Origin: a virus
Lineage: Duplodnaviria; Caudoviricetes
Length of the DNA stretch: 64,000 nt
Reading direction: 5' to 3' (one strand)
IMG/VR virus record: IMGVR_UViG_2974549060_000001
Coordinates: 1 to 64,000 of that record
Both the position numbers and the translations under genes were made by a program. The notes beneath the pieces were generated by a model that ran no database searches, had not been told where the DNA came from, and saw only the letters and a list, made by a program, of their open reading frames with translations. The number at the start of each line of letters is the position of its first letter. Position 1 is the first letter of the stretch. Below, one piece after another: positions 1-11,284 of this stretch.

Positions 1-3000
1 ATGGCCCGCTCCCTGTTGACCGATGCACTTAATGCTTTGAGCAACGGCGAGTTCACCAATCCATCTCCTGCTGTTTCCGTTCCCCAGGCTGCTCCTATGC
101 AGCCTGTCTCCAAAGAAGACCAAATCCTTGACGCTACCAACCGTATTAACTCTGGCTTTGCAGCTAAAGGGCAATATCCGTCTATCTCTGGTGAAATCGA
201 ACGTCTGAAACAACAGGCCGCTGGCCGTGAACAAGTCACCGCTGCATACGAAGCTGATATGCAAAAATTTGTGCCAACTAATACTTTGGAATCAGGCTCC
301 CCGGTAATTCGTACTGGTGCCCAGATTACCAATGCAATGGCTGGTTTCGGCAGTTCAATTGCACGTATCGCTCTCCAGGTGAAAAACCTCAACAACCTCG
401 GTGCTGTAGCTGCCGGGATGGACGGTGCAACCGATGATGAAAAGCTGGCCTTTAACCGTGAGACCACTGAACGTAGTGCTCAGGTTGCAGCTCAGGTAGG
501 CAACAATGCCCGTCGTGCTCAGGATATTCTGGGGGGTACTCCGGGTGCATCTGCTAAGGCAATTGCCGAAGCGTCCGAAATCCCAACCCAACTACAGGCA
601 TACCCTTCTGCTACCAACCTTCTGAATCGTGAGATTCCGGCTGGTGCTGTGAAGATCCCTTCGGCAGAACAGGATGATTCTGTACTGGGTAGAGTGGGTG
701 ACTACTTCAACAACTTGAATGATCGTATAGTCGGTGCATCCAACTCTTTGTCTGGCGAAAGCAAGGAAGGACAAACTGAATCTGTACGTGACCGTTTGCA
801 GCGTGCTCAGACTGCACTCACCAAAACTCAAAACTCCCTCGGCAATACTACTCAGGGTGTTGATAACGAGTGGGGAACCGATGCTTGGGTTAACCGTGAA
901 CCAACTCAACGTATGGCTCAGCAATTAGCAGAAGAAAACAAAGATGCCTCTTTATTGGGTGCTATTGGTAATACCGTAGGCGAGTATCTTAAAAACCCGT
1001 CACTCGTGATCCAGTCTGCTGCTGAATCCCTTCCATACGCTCTGGGCCGTATCGGTATCATCACCGGTACTACTGGTCAGGCGGTACAAAACCAGACTGA
1101 TGGTTATCGTGGGCAAGCAGATGGTCAACTTCCAACTGATGAACAGATCAACGATGTAACCCGGCTCAATGCGTTACATTCTGGTTTGAACTTTGTGGAG
1201 AACGTCGTCAATGCTCGTGCTCTTTCTGGCCTTAGCAATAGTGCTATCACTGCTCCACTTCGCCGTGGTGGTGAAGCACTGGCTGACACTGCCCTCGGAC
1301 GAGCGGTTGCCAACGTTGTCGCTAGGAATGGCGTATCTCGTGCTGCTGTTGCAGCAGGGCGAGCTGTTACTCCCGCCCCTGTGCGTGAACTTGCAACAAC
1401 TATGGCTATCAATGGTCTGACCGAAGCTGCCCAAAACCAGATTGAAACACGTAACCTGCTTGGCGATGATCGTATCGACTTCGAAGGTAACGTTAACGCT
1501 GGTGTACTGGGTGCTCTGTCTGCCGGTGTTATGACCGGGCCATCTACTCTGGCCTCTGGTGCTCGTGGTATTGGTGACCGTGTTGCACGTACCATTCAGG
1601 AACGTCAGGATGCTGCCAATCCTCGTGGTGCTGAACAGCGTCAGGCTGCTCAGGATGCTGCTAAACCGTTTGCTGATCTGACTAACCCAGAACATGCTGA
1701 CTACAATCCGCAGGCTGCTGTACGCCAACAGACGAACGTATTCGCTGATACCAACGCTACTCCTGAAATGCGTCAGGAAGCGATTGACCGTGCTCAGATT
1801 GTACGCGATAACGCTGAACAGAACCTGGCTTCGGTAACCGAAGAGGTTCAGGGAATCCAGCGTGATGTGGCTATGCGTCAGGAAGTGGAACGCCGTTTAA
1901 CTGATATCGAACAGAATCCAGATAGTGAATACGCTCCAATGCGTGACCAACTGGAAACTATCCGTGACCAGATTGACCAGCGTTTACCGGACGATGCTGC
2001 ACAACAGGATCTGATCTCCCGTTTCCAGACTGCTAACGATAACGTTGAGCGTGTCCGTGCTGCGTATGACCAGTTCGAAAATGCTGCTGACCTCCGCGAA
2101 CGTAATGCCCCGGAAGATACCCAGGCGCAGATGGAAACTGCTACCAACCCGGATGCTACGCTGGAACAGGTAAATCAGGCTGCTGACCATGTGGTCACTC
2201 ACCCAATGCAGTACACCCCGGAGCAATTACAATCTCTGGCTTCTGATACGACTAACCGTTTCTCTGATTCCCAGCGTGACGCTATTCGTGCTTTGGCCGA
2301 TGCCCGTGTTGCTCAGAACGGACTGAAAAAAACTCTGACCGTAAACCAGGATATTATGCAGGGTGGTCAGGGTTACCGTTCACTGGGTGAATATACCTCT
2401 GCTTACGCCGATGCTATCCGTTCCGGCAATGCAACTACGACAGGTAATCTTCGTCAACAACTGGCACGTTTCCAGGCTTCTCATGAGCAAAAAGCTCAGG
2501 TAGCCCAGAACATGATGGACACTGGCAACTACGGCCAGATGATTCGTCGTGATGGTCAGTGGGTGCTTAACGATGGCCCTAAACTCCGTGGTGCTGATAA
2601 AGCTCGTAACGGTGCTCTGGATATTCATAAAGGATCCGCAGGTCTGGTAGCCCAGATTCGTCAGGAAGCTGACGCTATCCGCGCGACAGGCGTGGCAATG
2701 GATGCCATGAATCAGGCTCGTCCGGCTGCTCCCGCTGCCGCTCCGCAGCCGTCCTCCCCTGCACCAGCTAACGACGCAACCACAACGGTGGAGGCGAAGC
2801 CGCAACCGGCAGTGGTGGAGTCGGAAGCGACTGTTACCAAGTCATCCCTTTCTCATTATGCCAATGACGGCATTCTGACTCAGGATGCAGATGGTGATAT
2901 GGCTCTGCGTTTAAACCAGTTCACTCCGGCTGAACAACAGTTCCTACGTGATAACAACATGGTTGATTCTCAGGATATGGTTAAAGCTGATTCCTTACGT

Positions 3001-6000
3001 CGTGCTGCACCTCGTAAAGACGATGCGCATAAACCACGTACTTTGAACCAGCAAGACCGTGTTGCTCCAGCAGAACAGCAGACTCAGCAAGAACAGGTAC
3101 AGGCTCAGGACTCTAATGAGAACGATCCTACTATTGCTGCTACCTCCGAAACTGATGCCAATGTGGTATCTGATCAGACTACTGCTACCAAAACTGACGA
3201 GAACACCAAAGCTGATGGTGCTACCCGTGTGCTGCGTCCAGAAGGACAATCACTCGAAGCAGCCCGTACCGCTGAACGTGCTAAACCATTTGACCAACAG
3301 AACCTTGTGCTCACTGGTTTCATCCAGCGTGTGCGTGAAGGTTTCGTCAACCCACTGGTAACTAACCCGGACTTTATGTCCTCGGTTATGCAGAAGGCTG
3401 ACTGGTCTGGTCGCTTCACTGAACTGAACCGTTACTTGGCTCAGCCGATGAATGCTGCCCAGAAAAATCTGATGGGTATGTTCGTCAATTTCCATAAAGC
3501 CGTTGAAGGGAATATCGATCCTTCCATTAAACAGAAGATCGGTAAAACTCGTGGTGGCCTGGATCGTTCTGCTTATAACTTCCAGGATTTTGTCCAGTTC
3601 CTTACTACTGATGGCAAATTAGATGAAAACACCAAAACCGCCCTGACTGCCTCCATGTTTACCTGGCTGGCAGAGAACGGTAACAAACTGATCGCTACTC
3701 GTGAAGATATCGCCGGTCTGTTCCACATGGACAAAGATGAAGTACCGACTGACGTAGTAAATCGGTTCTCTGAAATTGGTTCGTCCCAACGTGCTGTTAT
3801 CCAATCCCTTGGCCAGCGTGCTTACCAGATGTTGGGCTTCAAGGTACTGAAAGACGTTGACCCTAACCGTGCTGGCCGTATGCAGCAGGCACTGGGTATG
3901 TACGCAATGCACACGATGATGCAGCGTGGTTATCTGGAGCAAACCTCCATGACTGCTCGTGAGTACGCAGACGTTATCGCCTCTGGCTTAGATGTTGAAT
4001 CTGCCCAGGCCAAACGTGCGGAGTTCGCTCGCGAGTTCCTCGGTGGGGAAGATATCAATAAGTCCAAAGAAGTGTTTAACTTCGTCCGTGTACCGCGTCA
4101 GGAAGTAAATGGTCAACTGGTTCCGGCCAACAACATTGGTCGTATCGTGGAAGCGAATAAAGGCACTTCCGGGGTTATGTCTAAGCTGTTTAGCTTCGAC
4201 TCTTCCCAGACGTTCCCGCTTACCAAAAAGCCGGGTAAATTCATGCAGAATACTGTTGGTGATTTCGGCCAGCAGGTTCCGTCTGAACTGGTAGAACGCC
4301 TGACCAAAGCTCAGCAACAACCGTACCGGATTAATGAGTCCCTGGTTAACGCCATGAACACGATCCGCAATGTGGATGAAGCTGCACTTCTGCACATGAT
4401 GGGTGTCCGTACCGAAGCTGAAACTCCGTTCATGCACAACCGTGACCATATCGGCCAGCAGGCGAAGAACGATGATATCGTTCGTGCTCTGTCCAATGCT
4501 GATGAGGTTATCTCTGGTCTGGCTTCCATTGACCAGCAGATCTTCATGCCACTGTCTGTATGGAGCAATAACCGTGTAGGTGTAGCCTCCAACATGCTTA
4601 ACCCGCAGGGCAATAAAGTTCACCGTGCAATGGTAGGTATGGAAGCACACCGTACCTCTATCCCGGTAAACCAGACTGCAACTGACGGTAACGGTAACAT
4701 CACCGAATACGGCCAGTTCCTACTGACTGTAGCTCAGGGTATGGAAGAAGCACCGATCAAAAAACCAGGCACTACTGATAATATGCCTACGGTTGATAAA
4801 GTGACCGGTAAAACTTATCTCCAGGGTATGCAAGGCTATCTCGAAAGCGAACACGTTCAGGCTGGCGTCACCTCCATGATTAACGTCATTGAAGGTAAAT
4901 CCACCCCTCGTGATATTGCTACCGTGAAAGATCTGGTTGCCGAGTTCGGCATGGGGCCACACTCCTTCGAATCGCTGCACGCTCTGGCACTGGCTGAACA
5001 AGCTCGCCGTAACGGTAACGATACGGTAGAAGTGGCAATCGGTGGTGAATCGGATGGTGTCACCAACGGGCCAATCCTTACCAATGTGTTGTATGGAACG
5101 GCAGATACTGACCTTCTCTCTCGTGGTGGCCTTTACACTGCTGACGCTGGTGTTACCAACGTACCGCAGTACCGCGAACAAGGTGGACAGGATTACTACC
5201 AGCTCCTGGGGACAGCTCAGAAGAACGCATGGGATGCCATGTATCCTCCGACGACTGGCCGGGTAACGGATCAGAATCAGAAGTTCCGTCGTGCGATTGA
5301 TTACTTATCTCCTGGTTTCGGCTCTCGTTCGAAAGCCAAAGTACAGGCTACCCCATTCAACTATGGTTCCGGTATGGACTCGCTCAAGCGAGCAAGTGCC
5401 AGAGACACCATTGATAGCGTCTATGGTCATATCACTAATATTGCCGAAGCCTATAGCCGATCCAAAGTTGAGGGTGATTTCCAGCGTCATAAGCTGGAGA
5501 AGGCAATCGAGATCGTACTGGCCCAGGGCAAGACGCTAGGGATTAAAACTCCCGCATTTTCCGGCCTGGGTAAAACGGAATCACTGCTAACCACAGATCT
5601 GCCAAAACCTCTTACTGAGGCTCTGATGCAGATCGATATGGCTACCCGTGGTGAAGCATCACAAACTGCTATTGAGCAAGTTGCTGCCCACTACATTAAA
5701 ACCCGTGATACCAACACTGCTATTACCAACGCAGCGTTTGAGGTAGGGAAAGTTGTACGTGACCGTGCCGAAGCAATTGCTTTAAGCCAGGCAGTAGAAG
5801 ACGGGCAAGTAGGTTCCATTAATGGTGTAGCCGTAGAAGGCTTATCCACTGATGCAAAAGCTAACCTGTCTGCTCAACTGCGTGACTCAAGTGCTATCGT
5901 TCCGACCGCTACCGGTTCCCAGTCCAGCAATAAACTGGAGTCTGGTTACGTGGCAGCGAAGGTTAACTCTACCTTCAAATCCAATGATCCAATGACTGAG

Positions 6001-9000
6001 GTTTACGCCTCATTCATGGATGCGGCAAACCCGAAAGGTACTGGCTTAACCAACACCAAACCGACGACCTTTAAGGACGTTCGTTCCGGTGCTCAGGTTA
6101 AGGAACAGTCTGCTCCGGGTGTGTCTACCAGTGCATTGGTGGTACAGGGTACTGATGCTGCGATCTCAACTCGTGTTATTGCTGAGCGTCCTGCTCAGAA
6201 TTTCCACGATGCCAACCTGTTCGGTATTAAAGATATGGTTGACGGGGCCAAAGCTCAGAACAAAGCGATGTGGGATACAGTAGTCGGTTATGACTCTCAG
6301 TTAGCTAATACCGAAGCGATGATCCGTACACTGGACGGTGCGACCAAACAAGATGGTCTGCAACCTTCCGACTGGACGAATATCGCCGGGGCACTTCGAC
6401 AACTGGCTTTCAAAGCTGAACTCACTGCGTCACCTCGTGATGCCATCTCTCCGAGTGCCGTACTTGGCCGAGTGGTCGGTGATGCGTATAACCGCGAGAT
6501 TGCCAAACTCAGCACGCTCAACGAAGTTGAATACGTGAACCAATATGGTTACGAGGGTGGTGAATATCGAGTTACTGCTGCCGACCGTAAAGCTCTGGCT
6601 GATAAGATCGCTGCTCTACGTGAGCAACGGGATAACGCCATCGTCGCTGCTGAAACCCTGGGTGATACCCTGGCTCAGAAGATGACTGACGGCACTACCC
6701 CTGCTGCCCGTAACGCAGAGAAGGTGGATGCTGCTCAACGCCGTCAGGCGATTGAACAAGCTGCTGCTGATAGCGTACCGGTAACTCGCGATGCCAAAGG
6801 CAAGAATGCTCTGGAGCGTTTCCTGTCCGAAAGCAAAGACGGCACCGTTAATGCTAAAGACCTGATGAACTTCACCGTTAAGGCTCTGGCTTCTGGCCGT
6901 ACTGATGGATCAGCACTGCAAAGCCGTATGCGCACCACTTACAGCGAACTCGCTAAAGTGCTCGCTGCCACACTGCCGGATAACCTGTCCGTGAATATTC
7001 TCTCTGCCCAACATAATCCAAAAGGGGTTATGGGTGCTGAACAGAATGCGAACTCACGAGCATGGTTCTACAGCGACGGTAAGGTAAACCAGATCAACAT
7101 TAAGATGGATGGTGCTCAGGCTCCAGGTCTGGAAGTTGTGCTGCATGAAATGCTTCACGCTGCCACTGCCCGTGCTCTGGATACTGCCCGTCGTGATCCT
7201 AAAGCTAACCCGGCCCTAACTGAAATCGTTGGCCGACTTGAATCACTGCGTAGCGAGGTAGAACAGTCTGTACAGAGCATTCCTGAGTTTGCTCCGGCAG
7301 TCCGTAACATTGATGAACTGATCTCCTGGGGTCTGACTAACCCTGCATTCCAACAACATCTTGATGGTCTGCAATCGTCTATGTATCCCCGTCAACGTGA
7401 GGGTGTACGTAATCGTCTGGGTTCCATGTTCAAAGAGTTTGCCAACACTGTACTGCGGGCGGTTTATGCCTTTACTGGCCGTAAACCAACTGCTAAGCAG
7501 ATGACAGCTATGGAAGCGTTGATCCTTGATACTGCTGACGCTCTCCAGTCCTCCACCGTTAATCCGGGGAATACCAACAGCGTTAACTTGGCAATGGCCT
7601 CATCTACCCGTGCAGCACAAACTGCCGGTCAGTACACGCATCGCCAGGTCTTTGATTCCCTGGTTTCGGCTACTGCTGGTAAACAGAACTCCACCAGCTT
7701 TACCGGGAACCTGGGTAAGATCATTGATAATGTGTCCGATAAACTGTTCAGCCAGGTATCCGGTGATCATCTGACTACTGTACCGGCAGGTCAGGGGTAT
7801 ACTCCGGGCCAGGTCTGGGCTAACGCCTTGAATACTGGTAAGGCTCCGTTCACCACTAAAGCATTGGCTGCTGGCTTCCATATGACCGACCAGGAGGCAT
7901 TCGCTATCGAGTCTATCGAGACTGCGGTTGCGGCTACTCTTAACTCTGGTTTCGGTACTGCTGTTAACCGTGAATTGCGTAAATCCTGGGAAGCTGCTCG
8001 TAAGCAGGTCACCCCAGAACAGTTCCATAATGGCAACTGGAATACGGCTACCCCGGCTGAGAAAGCAATGGCTCAGGCTAAATGGGATCATCTCTTTAAA
8101 CTGGAAGCAACCCAATCTGGACAGAACCGATACCTGTCTCAGTTTGTGGCAATGACTCTGGGCCATGAAGAAACCAGTAACCTGATGGGCTTCACTGCTA
8201 ATGTCGCTGATGCGTCAAAAGCTGTAACGCCATTTGAGAAAGCCTCTGGCTTCTTCAACCATGCTGTTAACTGGGCATCCGGCCAACTGACCCGTACCAA
8301 CGAAGGCCAACTGGTAAGCCAGAAGGCTCAGGCATTGGCTCAACAGCTCGTTGAAATCGAGTTGAAGAACCGTGATAAATCTGAGTCTGCTATTGAGCAA
8401 GCATTCACCTATGTCACTGACATGGGCGAGAAGCTCGGTAACAAAGTATGGGATGCAGCACATGCTACGGCAGACGCGAAACTGATCCGTGAGAACCCTC
8501 TCAGTATCGTTCGTGCGGCAGGTTCTATTACCCGTCTGGCTGCTAAACGTAATCTTGATGGGCTGGCAGATACCATCCGTCAGGTGCGTGACATGAGCAA
8601 TCCGAATACTGCTGATGGATGGGCTGCTCAGATCCTGGGTGATATGACTAACCCCGATAAAGTGCGTAGTGCGTTTGAGTCTCTGCAACGTCACACGAAC
8701 CTCATTGAACAACGTCGCCGTAACCTCTCCGAGATTACTCGTGGCAATGTGATGGGTACGTTTGAAGACGGTGGAAAGTATTTGACCGAAGCGGATAAAT
8801 CCGCCATGTCTTATACCTTGCTCCGTACTGAGGCACACTCTCTGTTGAATACCCGTTCACTGGCAGATGTTCAGGCACTGGTTTCCAGCCCTGCAAAACG
8901 TCGTGCTGAAATCGCTAAACTGGAGCAATCCGTGTTGGCAGATCCGAACGGCAATGATATGGTTATCCGCGCTAAAGCACTCGGCTATTACATGGTAACC

Positions 9001-11082
9001 GGTAAGGCTACCATTGCAGGTATGGCTAAGAACGCTCAGGCTATTGCTTCGGGGGCCGGTACTCACTACGTCACCACTGAGATCGCAGACCGCAACAGTG
9101 CAATGGTAGAGAGCATTGATCAGTTGGCTACTATGTACGCCCTGAACTACTCGAAACCAGAGCATCTGACGGCAACTGCGGCAGTGATGAAACGTGAGAT
9201 GGCTAACCCGGACAACGGTATCAATGCGTTGCTGAACGTGCATAAGGTGCTGTCCGAAGATGCGGCCTCTACTCTGTTCCAGAATAACGAGATCTCGCGG
9301 ATTAAAGGATACATCCCGGAGGTTACTAACCCGTACCGTGATGTGAAAATTGTTGAACAGGGCGAAGGTGCTGAGCTTGAGGCAATGGGCTATCAGTTTG
9401 TAGGCATGGTGCCGACTGATCCGACTATCCCAAGCATGGGCAATAAAGCCATGTACGTGACCAAAGACAACGGCTCTCAGCGTTATGTTTCCGGTGCTAC
9501 CAGCTTAACAAGCAACCAGCGCAAAGGATCCTCTGCTGTCCGTAACCAGAATTACCGTAATGGGCAAGGCCCGACAGTGGCCGATGGCAGCAAAGCTGTG
9601 TATGCCGCTGCTCGTCGCCGTGCTCAAGGTAATCATTCTGCATTCGACCCGGCTGCTGTTAAGGACACATTCATGATTCCGGTCTTCGGAACCGATGGCC
9701 GTATCATGGACTTCCAGTATGAGATGAACGCTAACAATCGTGACACTCTGCTGGATCGCAACAATGATTTTGCTCACCTGCTGGGGCAGTATGCCGGGCA
9801 GAACTTTGATAAACAGCATAGCCCTGACCAGAACCGTATGGTGATGGAAGCCTTAAACCAGGACTACAAATCCAACTACGCTGCTTCACCAGAGCGTTAC
9901 GTTGCAATTGGGCCACAAGCTGCTGATGCTCGCGCCAGAGAAATCTGGGCAATGCTGCCAGAGCAAACCCGTTACGACGCAGAACAAATCTGGGGTGCAG
10001 GTGAACCTATGCAGGTACGCAGTGATTTGGTTAACCTGGTCTTTGGTTTCCGTAAACTGACAGTAGCGAATGCGTTTGATAAGACTGACGCTGATCGCAA
10101 TATGGTCGAGTCTTTAGCTACCAGCGTGTTTAACACTCTGGGTCTGCTGACGAATCGTAATGGTAAGGTACTGGCTTCCCAGACTGAGCGTGCTGCTCAA
10201 GAGGGTGTTGGCCTCCTGAAAGATATTATCGTACTTCGTAACGTTTCTACGTTGATGCGTAACCTTGTTGGTAACGCTGCTCTACTGAAAGCCTACGGTG
10301 TATCTCCGATTGATATCGTGAAGGATACGAAGGTCGCTCTCCAGGCTGGCTTGAGCTACCGCAAAAACACTGCACTGCTGCTGAAATACCAACAGCAACA
10401 ACGTGCGGGTATCGGTAACTTTGAGCAACTGGAACAGCGTATCATCCAGCTTGAGGATCAACTGGCGCGTAACCCACTGCGAGACTTCATCAACGAAGGT
10501 ACGATGCCGAGTATCGTTGACGATGTGGACACTGCTGACACTGCGTATACTTATACGTCTGGTTTGCAGAATAAGATCTCTGGTGTAACTGAAATGATCC
10601 CTGCTTCTGTACGGACGGCGGCTAAGTGGGCGTTCGTGTCTAAGGACACACCGCTATACAAATTCCTGTCCAATACCGCCCAGTTCGGGGACTTCACTTC
10701 GAAATACGTGCTGTATAAATACAGCATGAATAAGGCTGATACTAAGCTGAATCATGCAGAAGCTGTTCAACGTGCGACCGACGCTTTCGTAAACTACGAC
10801 ACGCCAACCTCACCTGAACTGCAATACATGAATGATGTAGGTCTGCTGATGTTTACCAAGTATCGTCTGCGTATTCAGCGTGCGATGCTGACCTTGATGA
10901 AAGAACGTCCGGGTACTGCACTGGCTCAATCCGTACTGGTGTCTCGCTTTACCGATGCACCACCGGCACTGGAGCCGAACTTAATCACTGGCTTGGGTAA
11001 TCCGTTTGCATCTGGCGTACTCCAGTTACCAAACGCCTTGACTCAACCGCTACCGATTAAGTTAATCCTCGGAGTGATCTAA
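1..11082 (+). CDS. Virion-encapsidated RNA polymerase (N4 gp50-like)
   Basis: 3693 aa. T7-like motifs: WSNNRVG, A (ESDGVTNG), B (RSKAKVQATPFNYG), C (FHDA). C-terminal HEMLH zincin motif. No Cys noticed on reading, as in N4 vRNAP. Confidence 0.96.
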   Translation: MARSLLTDALNALSNGEFTNPSPAVSVPQAAPMQPVSKEDQILDATNRINSGFAAKGQYPSISGEIERLKQQAAGREQVTAAYEADMQKFVPTNTLESGSPVIRTGAQITNAMAGFGSSIARIALQVKNLNNLGAVAAGMDGATDDEKLAFNRETTERSAQVAAQVGNNARRAQDILGGTPGASAKAIAEASEIPTQLQAYPSATNLLNREIPAGAVKIPSAEQDDSVLGRVGDYFNNLNDRIVGASNSLSGESKEGQTESVRDRLQRAQTALTKTQNSLGNTTQGVDNEWGTDAWVNREPTQRMAQQLAEENKDASLLGAIGNTVGEYLKNPSLVIQSAAESLPYALGRIGIITGTTGQAVQNQTDGYRGQADGQLPTDEQINDVTRLNALHSGLNFVENVVNARALSGLSNSAITAPLRRGGEALADTALGRAVANVVARNGVSRAAVAAGRAVTPAPVRELATTMAINGLTEAAQNQIETRNLLGDDRIDFEGNVNAGVLGALSAGVMTGPSTLASGARGIGDRVARTIQERQDAANPRGAEQRQAAQDAAKPFADLTNPEHADYNPQAAVRQQTNVFADTNATPEMRQEAIDRAQIVRDNAEQNLASVTEEVQGIQRDVAMRQEVERRLTDIEQNPDSEYAPMRDQLETIRDQIDQRLPDDAAQQDLISRFQTANDNVERVRAAYDQFENAADLRERNAPEDTQAQMETATNPDATLEQVNQAADHVVTHPMQYTPEQLQSLASDTTNRFSDSQRDAIRALADARVAQNGLKKTLTVNQDIMQGGQGYRSLGEYTSAYADAIRSGNATTTGNLRQQLARFQASHEQKAQVAQNMMDTGNYGQMIRRDGQWVLNDGPKLRGADKARNGALDIHKGSAGLVAQIRQEADAIRATGVAMDAMNQARPAAPAAAPQPSSPAPANDATTTVEAKPQPAVVESEATVTKSSLSHYANDGILTQDADGDMALRLNQFTPAEQQFLRDNNMVDSQDMVKADSLRRAAPRKDDAHKPRTLNQQDRVAPAEQQTQQEQVQAQDSNENDPTIAATSETDANVVSDQTTATKTDENTKADGATRVLRPEGQSLEAARTAERAKPFDQQNLVLTGFIQRVREGFVNPLVTNPDFMSSVMQKADWSGRFTELNRYLAQPMNAAQKNLMGMFVNFHKAVEGNIDPSIKQKIGKTRGGLDRSAYNFQDFVQFLTTDGKLDENTKTALTASMFTWLAENGNKLIATREDIAGLFHMDKDEVPTDVVNRFSEIGSSQRAVIQSLGQRAYQMLGFKVLKDVDPNRAGRMQQALGMYAMHTMMQRGYLEQTSMTAREYADVIASGLDVESAQAKRAEFAREFLGGEDINKSKEVFNFVRVPRQEVNGQLVPANNIGRIVEANKGTSGVMSKLFSFDSSQTFPLTKKPGKFMQNTVGDFGQQVPSELVERLTKAQQQPYRINESLVNAMNTIRNVDEAALLHMMGVRTEAETPFMHNRDHIGQQAKNDDIVRALSNADEVISGLASIDQQIFMPLSVWSNNRVGVASNMLNPQGNKVHRAMVGMEAHRTSIPVNQTATDGNGNITEYGQFLLTVAQGMEEAPIKKPGTTDNMPTVDKVTGKTYLQGMQGYLESEHVQAGVTSMINVIEGKSTPRDIATVKDLVAEFGMGPHSFESLHALALAEQARRNGNDTVEVAIGGESDGVTNGPILTNVLYGTADTDLLSRGGLYTADAGVTNVPQYREQGGQDYYQLLGTAQKNAWDAMYPPTTGRVTDQNQKFRRAIDYLSPGFGSRSKAKVQATPFNYGSGMDSLKRASARDTIDSVYGHITNIAEAYSRSKVEGDFQRHKLEKAIEIVLAQGKTLGIKTPAFSGLGKTESLLTTDLPKPLTEALMQIDMATRGEASQTAIEQVAAHYIKTRDTNTAITNAAFEVGKVVRDRAEAIALSQAVEDGQVGSINGVAVEGLSTDAKANLSAQLRDSSAIVPTATGSQSSNKLESGYVAAKVNSTFKSNDPMTEVYASFMDAANPKGTGLTNTKPTTFKDVRSGAQVKEQSAPGVSTSALVVQGTDAAISTRVIAERPAQNFHDANLFGIKDMVDGAKAQNKAMWDTVVGYDSQLANTEAMIRTLDGATKQDGLQPSDWTNIAGALRQLAFKAELTASPRDAISPSAVLGRVVGDAYNREIAKLSTLNEVEYVNQYGYEGGEYRVTAADRKALADKIAALREQRDNAIVAAETLGDTLAQKMTDGTTPAARNAEKVDAAQRRQAIEQAAADSVPVTRDAKGKNALERFLSESKDGTVNAKDLMNFTVKALASGRTDGSALQSRMRTTYSELAKVLAATLPDNLSVNILSAQHNPKGVMGAEQNANSRAWFYSDGKVNQINIKMDGAQAPGLEVVLHEMLHAATARALDTARRDPKANPALTEIVGRLESLRSEVEQSVQSIPEFAPAVRNIDELISWGLTNPAFQQHLDGLQSSMYPRQREGVRNRLGSMFKEFANTVLRAVYAFTGRKPTAKQMTAMEALILDTADALQSSTVNPGNTNSVNLAMASSTRAAQTAGQYTHRQVFDSLVSATAGKQNSTSFTGNLGKIIDNVSDKLFSQVSGDHLTTVPAGQGYTPGQVWANALNTGKAPFTTKALAAGFHMTDQEAFAIESIETAVAATLNSGFGTAVNRELRKSWEAARKQVTPEQFHNGNWNTATPAEKAMAQAKWDHLFKLEATQSGQNRYLSQFVAMTLGHEETSNLMGFTANVADASKAVTPFEKASGFFNHAVNWASGQLTRTNEGQLVSQKAQALAQQLVEIELKNRDKSESAIEQAFTYVTDMGEKLGNKVWDAAHATADAKLIRENPLSIVRAAGSITRLAAKRNLDGLADTIRQVRDMSNPNTADGWAAQILGDMTNPDKVRSAFESLQRHTNLIEQRRRNLSEITRGNVMGTFEDGGKYLTEADKSAMSYTLLRTEAHSLLNTRSLADVQALVSSPAKRRAEIAKLEQSVLADPNGNDMVIRAKALGYYMVTGKATIAGMAKNAQAIASGAGTHYVTTEIADRNSAMVESIDQLATMYALNYSKPEHLTATAAVMKREMANPDNGINALLNVHKVLSEDAASTLFQNNEISRIKGYIPEVTNPYRDVKIVEQGEGAELEAMGYQFVGMVPTDPTIPSMGNKAMYVTKDNGSQRYVSGATSLTSNQRKGSSAVRNQNYRNGQGPTVADGSKAVYAAARRRAQGNHSAFDPAAVKDTFMIPVFGTDGRIMDFQYEMNANNRDTLLDRNNDFAHLLGQYAGQNFDKQHSPDQNRMVMEALNQDYKSNYAASPERYVAIGPQAADARAREIWAMLPEQTRYDAEQIWGAGEPMQVRSDLVNLVFGFRKLTVANAFDKTDADRNMVESLATSVFNTLGLLTNRNGKVLASQTERAAQEGVGLLKDIIVLRNVSTLMRNLVGNAALLKAYGVSPIDIVKDTKVALQAGLSYRKNTALLLKYQQQQRAGIGNFEQLEQRIIQLEDQLARNPLRDFINEGTMPSIVDDVDTADTAYTYTSGLQNKISGVTEMIPASVRTAAKWAFVSKDTPLYKFLSNTAQFGDFTSKYVLYKYSMNKADTKLNHAEAVQRATDAFVNYDTPTSPELQYMNDVGLLMFTKYRLRIQRAMLTLMKERPGTALAQSVLVSRFTDAPPALEPNLITGLGNPFASGVLQLPNALTQPLPIKLILGVI

Positions 11083-11116
11083 AAAATAAAGCCCCTCAAT
11101 CGAGGGGCTTTTTATT
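11081..11116. terminator. Bidirectional intrinsic terminator
   Basis: AAAGCCCCTC-AATC-GAGGGGCTTT flanked by A and T tracts between convergent genes. Confidence 0.85.
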
Positions 11117-11275
11117 ACGGTAGTGCTCTTTCAAGCCAGTGGCGATGATACCGCCAATTATCACTATCACGAGAATTAGGCCAATCCCGAATAGAACAAA
11201 TCTGGCTACCAGGGCAAGGGCAACAACCGCAATTGCGATTGCAATGCCCAGCACCCAGTAAACAAAGCTGAGCAT
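11096..11275 (-). CDS. Small hydrophobic membrane protein (59 aa; not in the ORF track)
   Basis: Manual translation MLSFVYWVLGIAIAIAVVALALVARFVLFGIGLILVIVIIGGIIATGLKEHYRNKKPLD; AAGGTGG SD-like sequence upstream. Confidence 0.65.
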   Translation of the reverse strand: MLSFVYWVLGIAIAIAVVALALVARFVLFGIGLILVIVIIGGIIATGLKEHYRNKKPLD

Positions 11276-11284
11276 TACACCACC

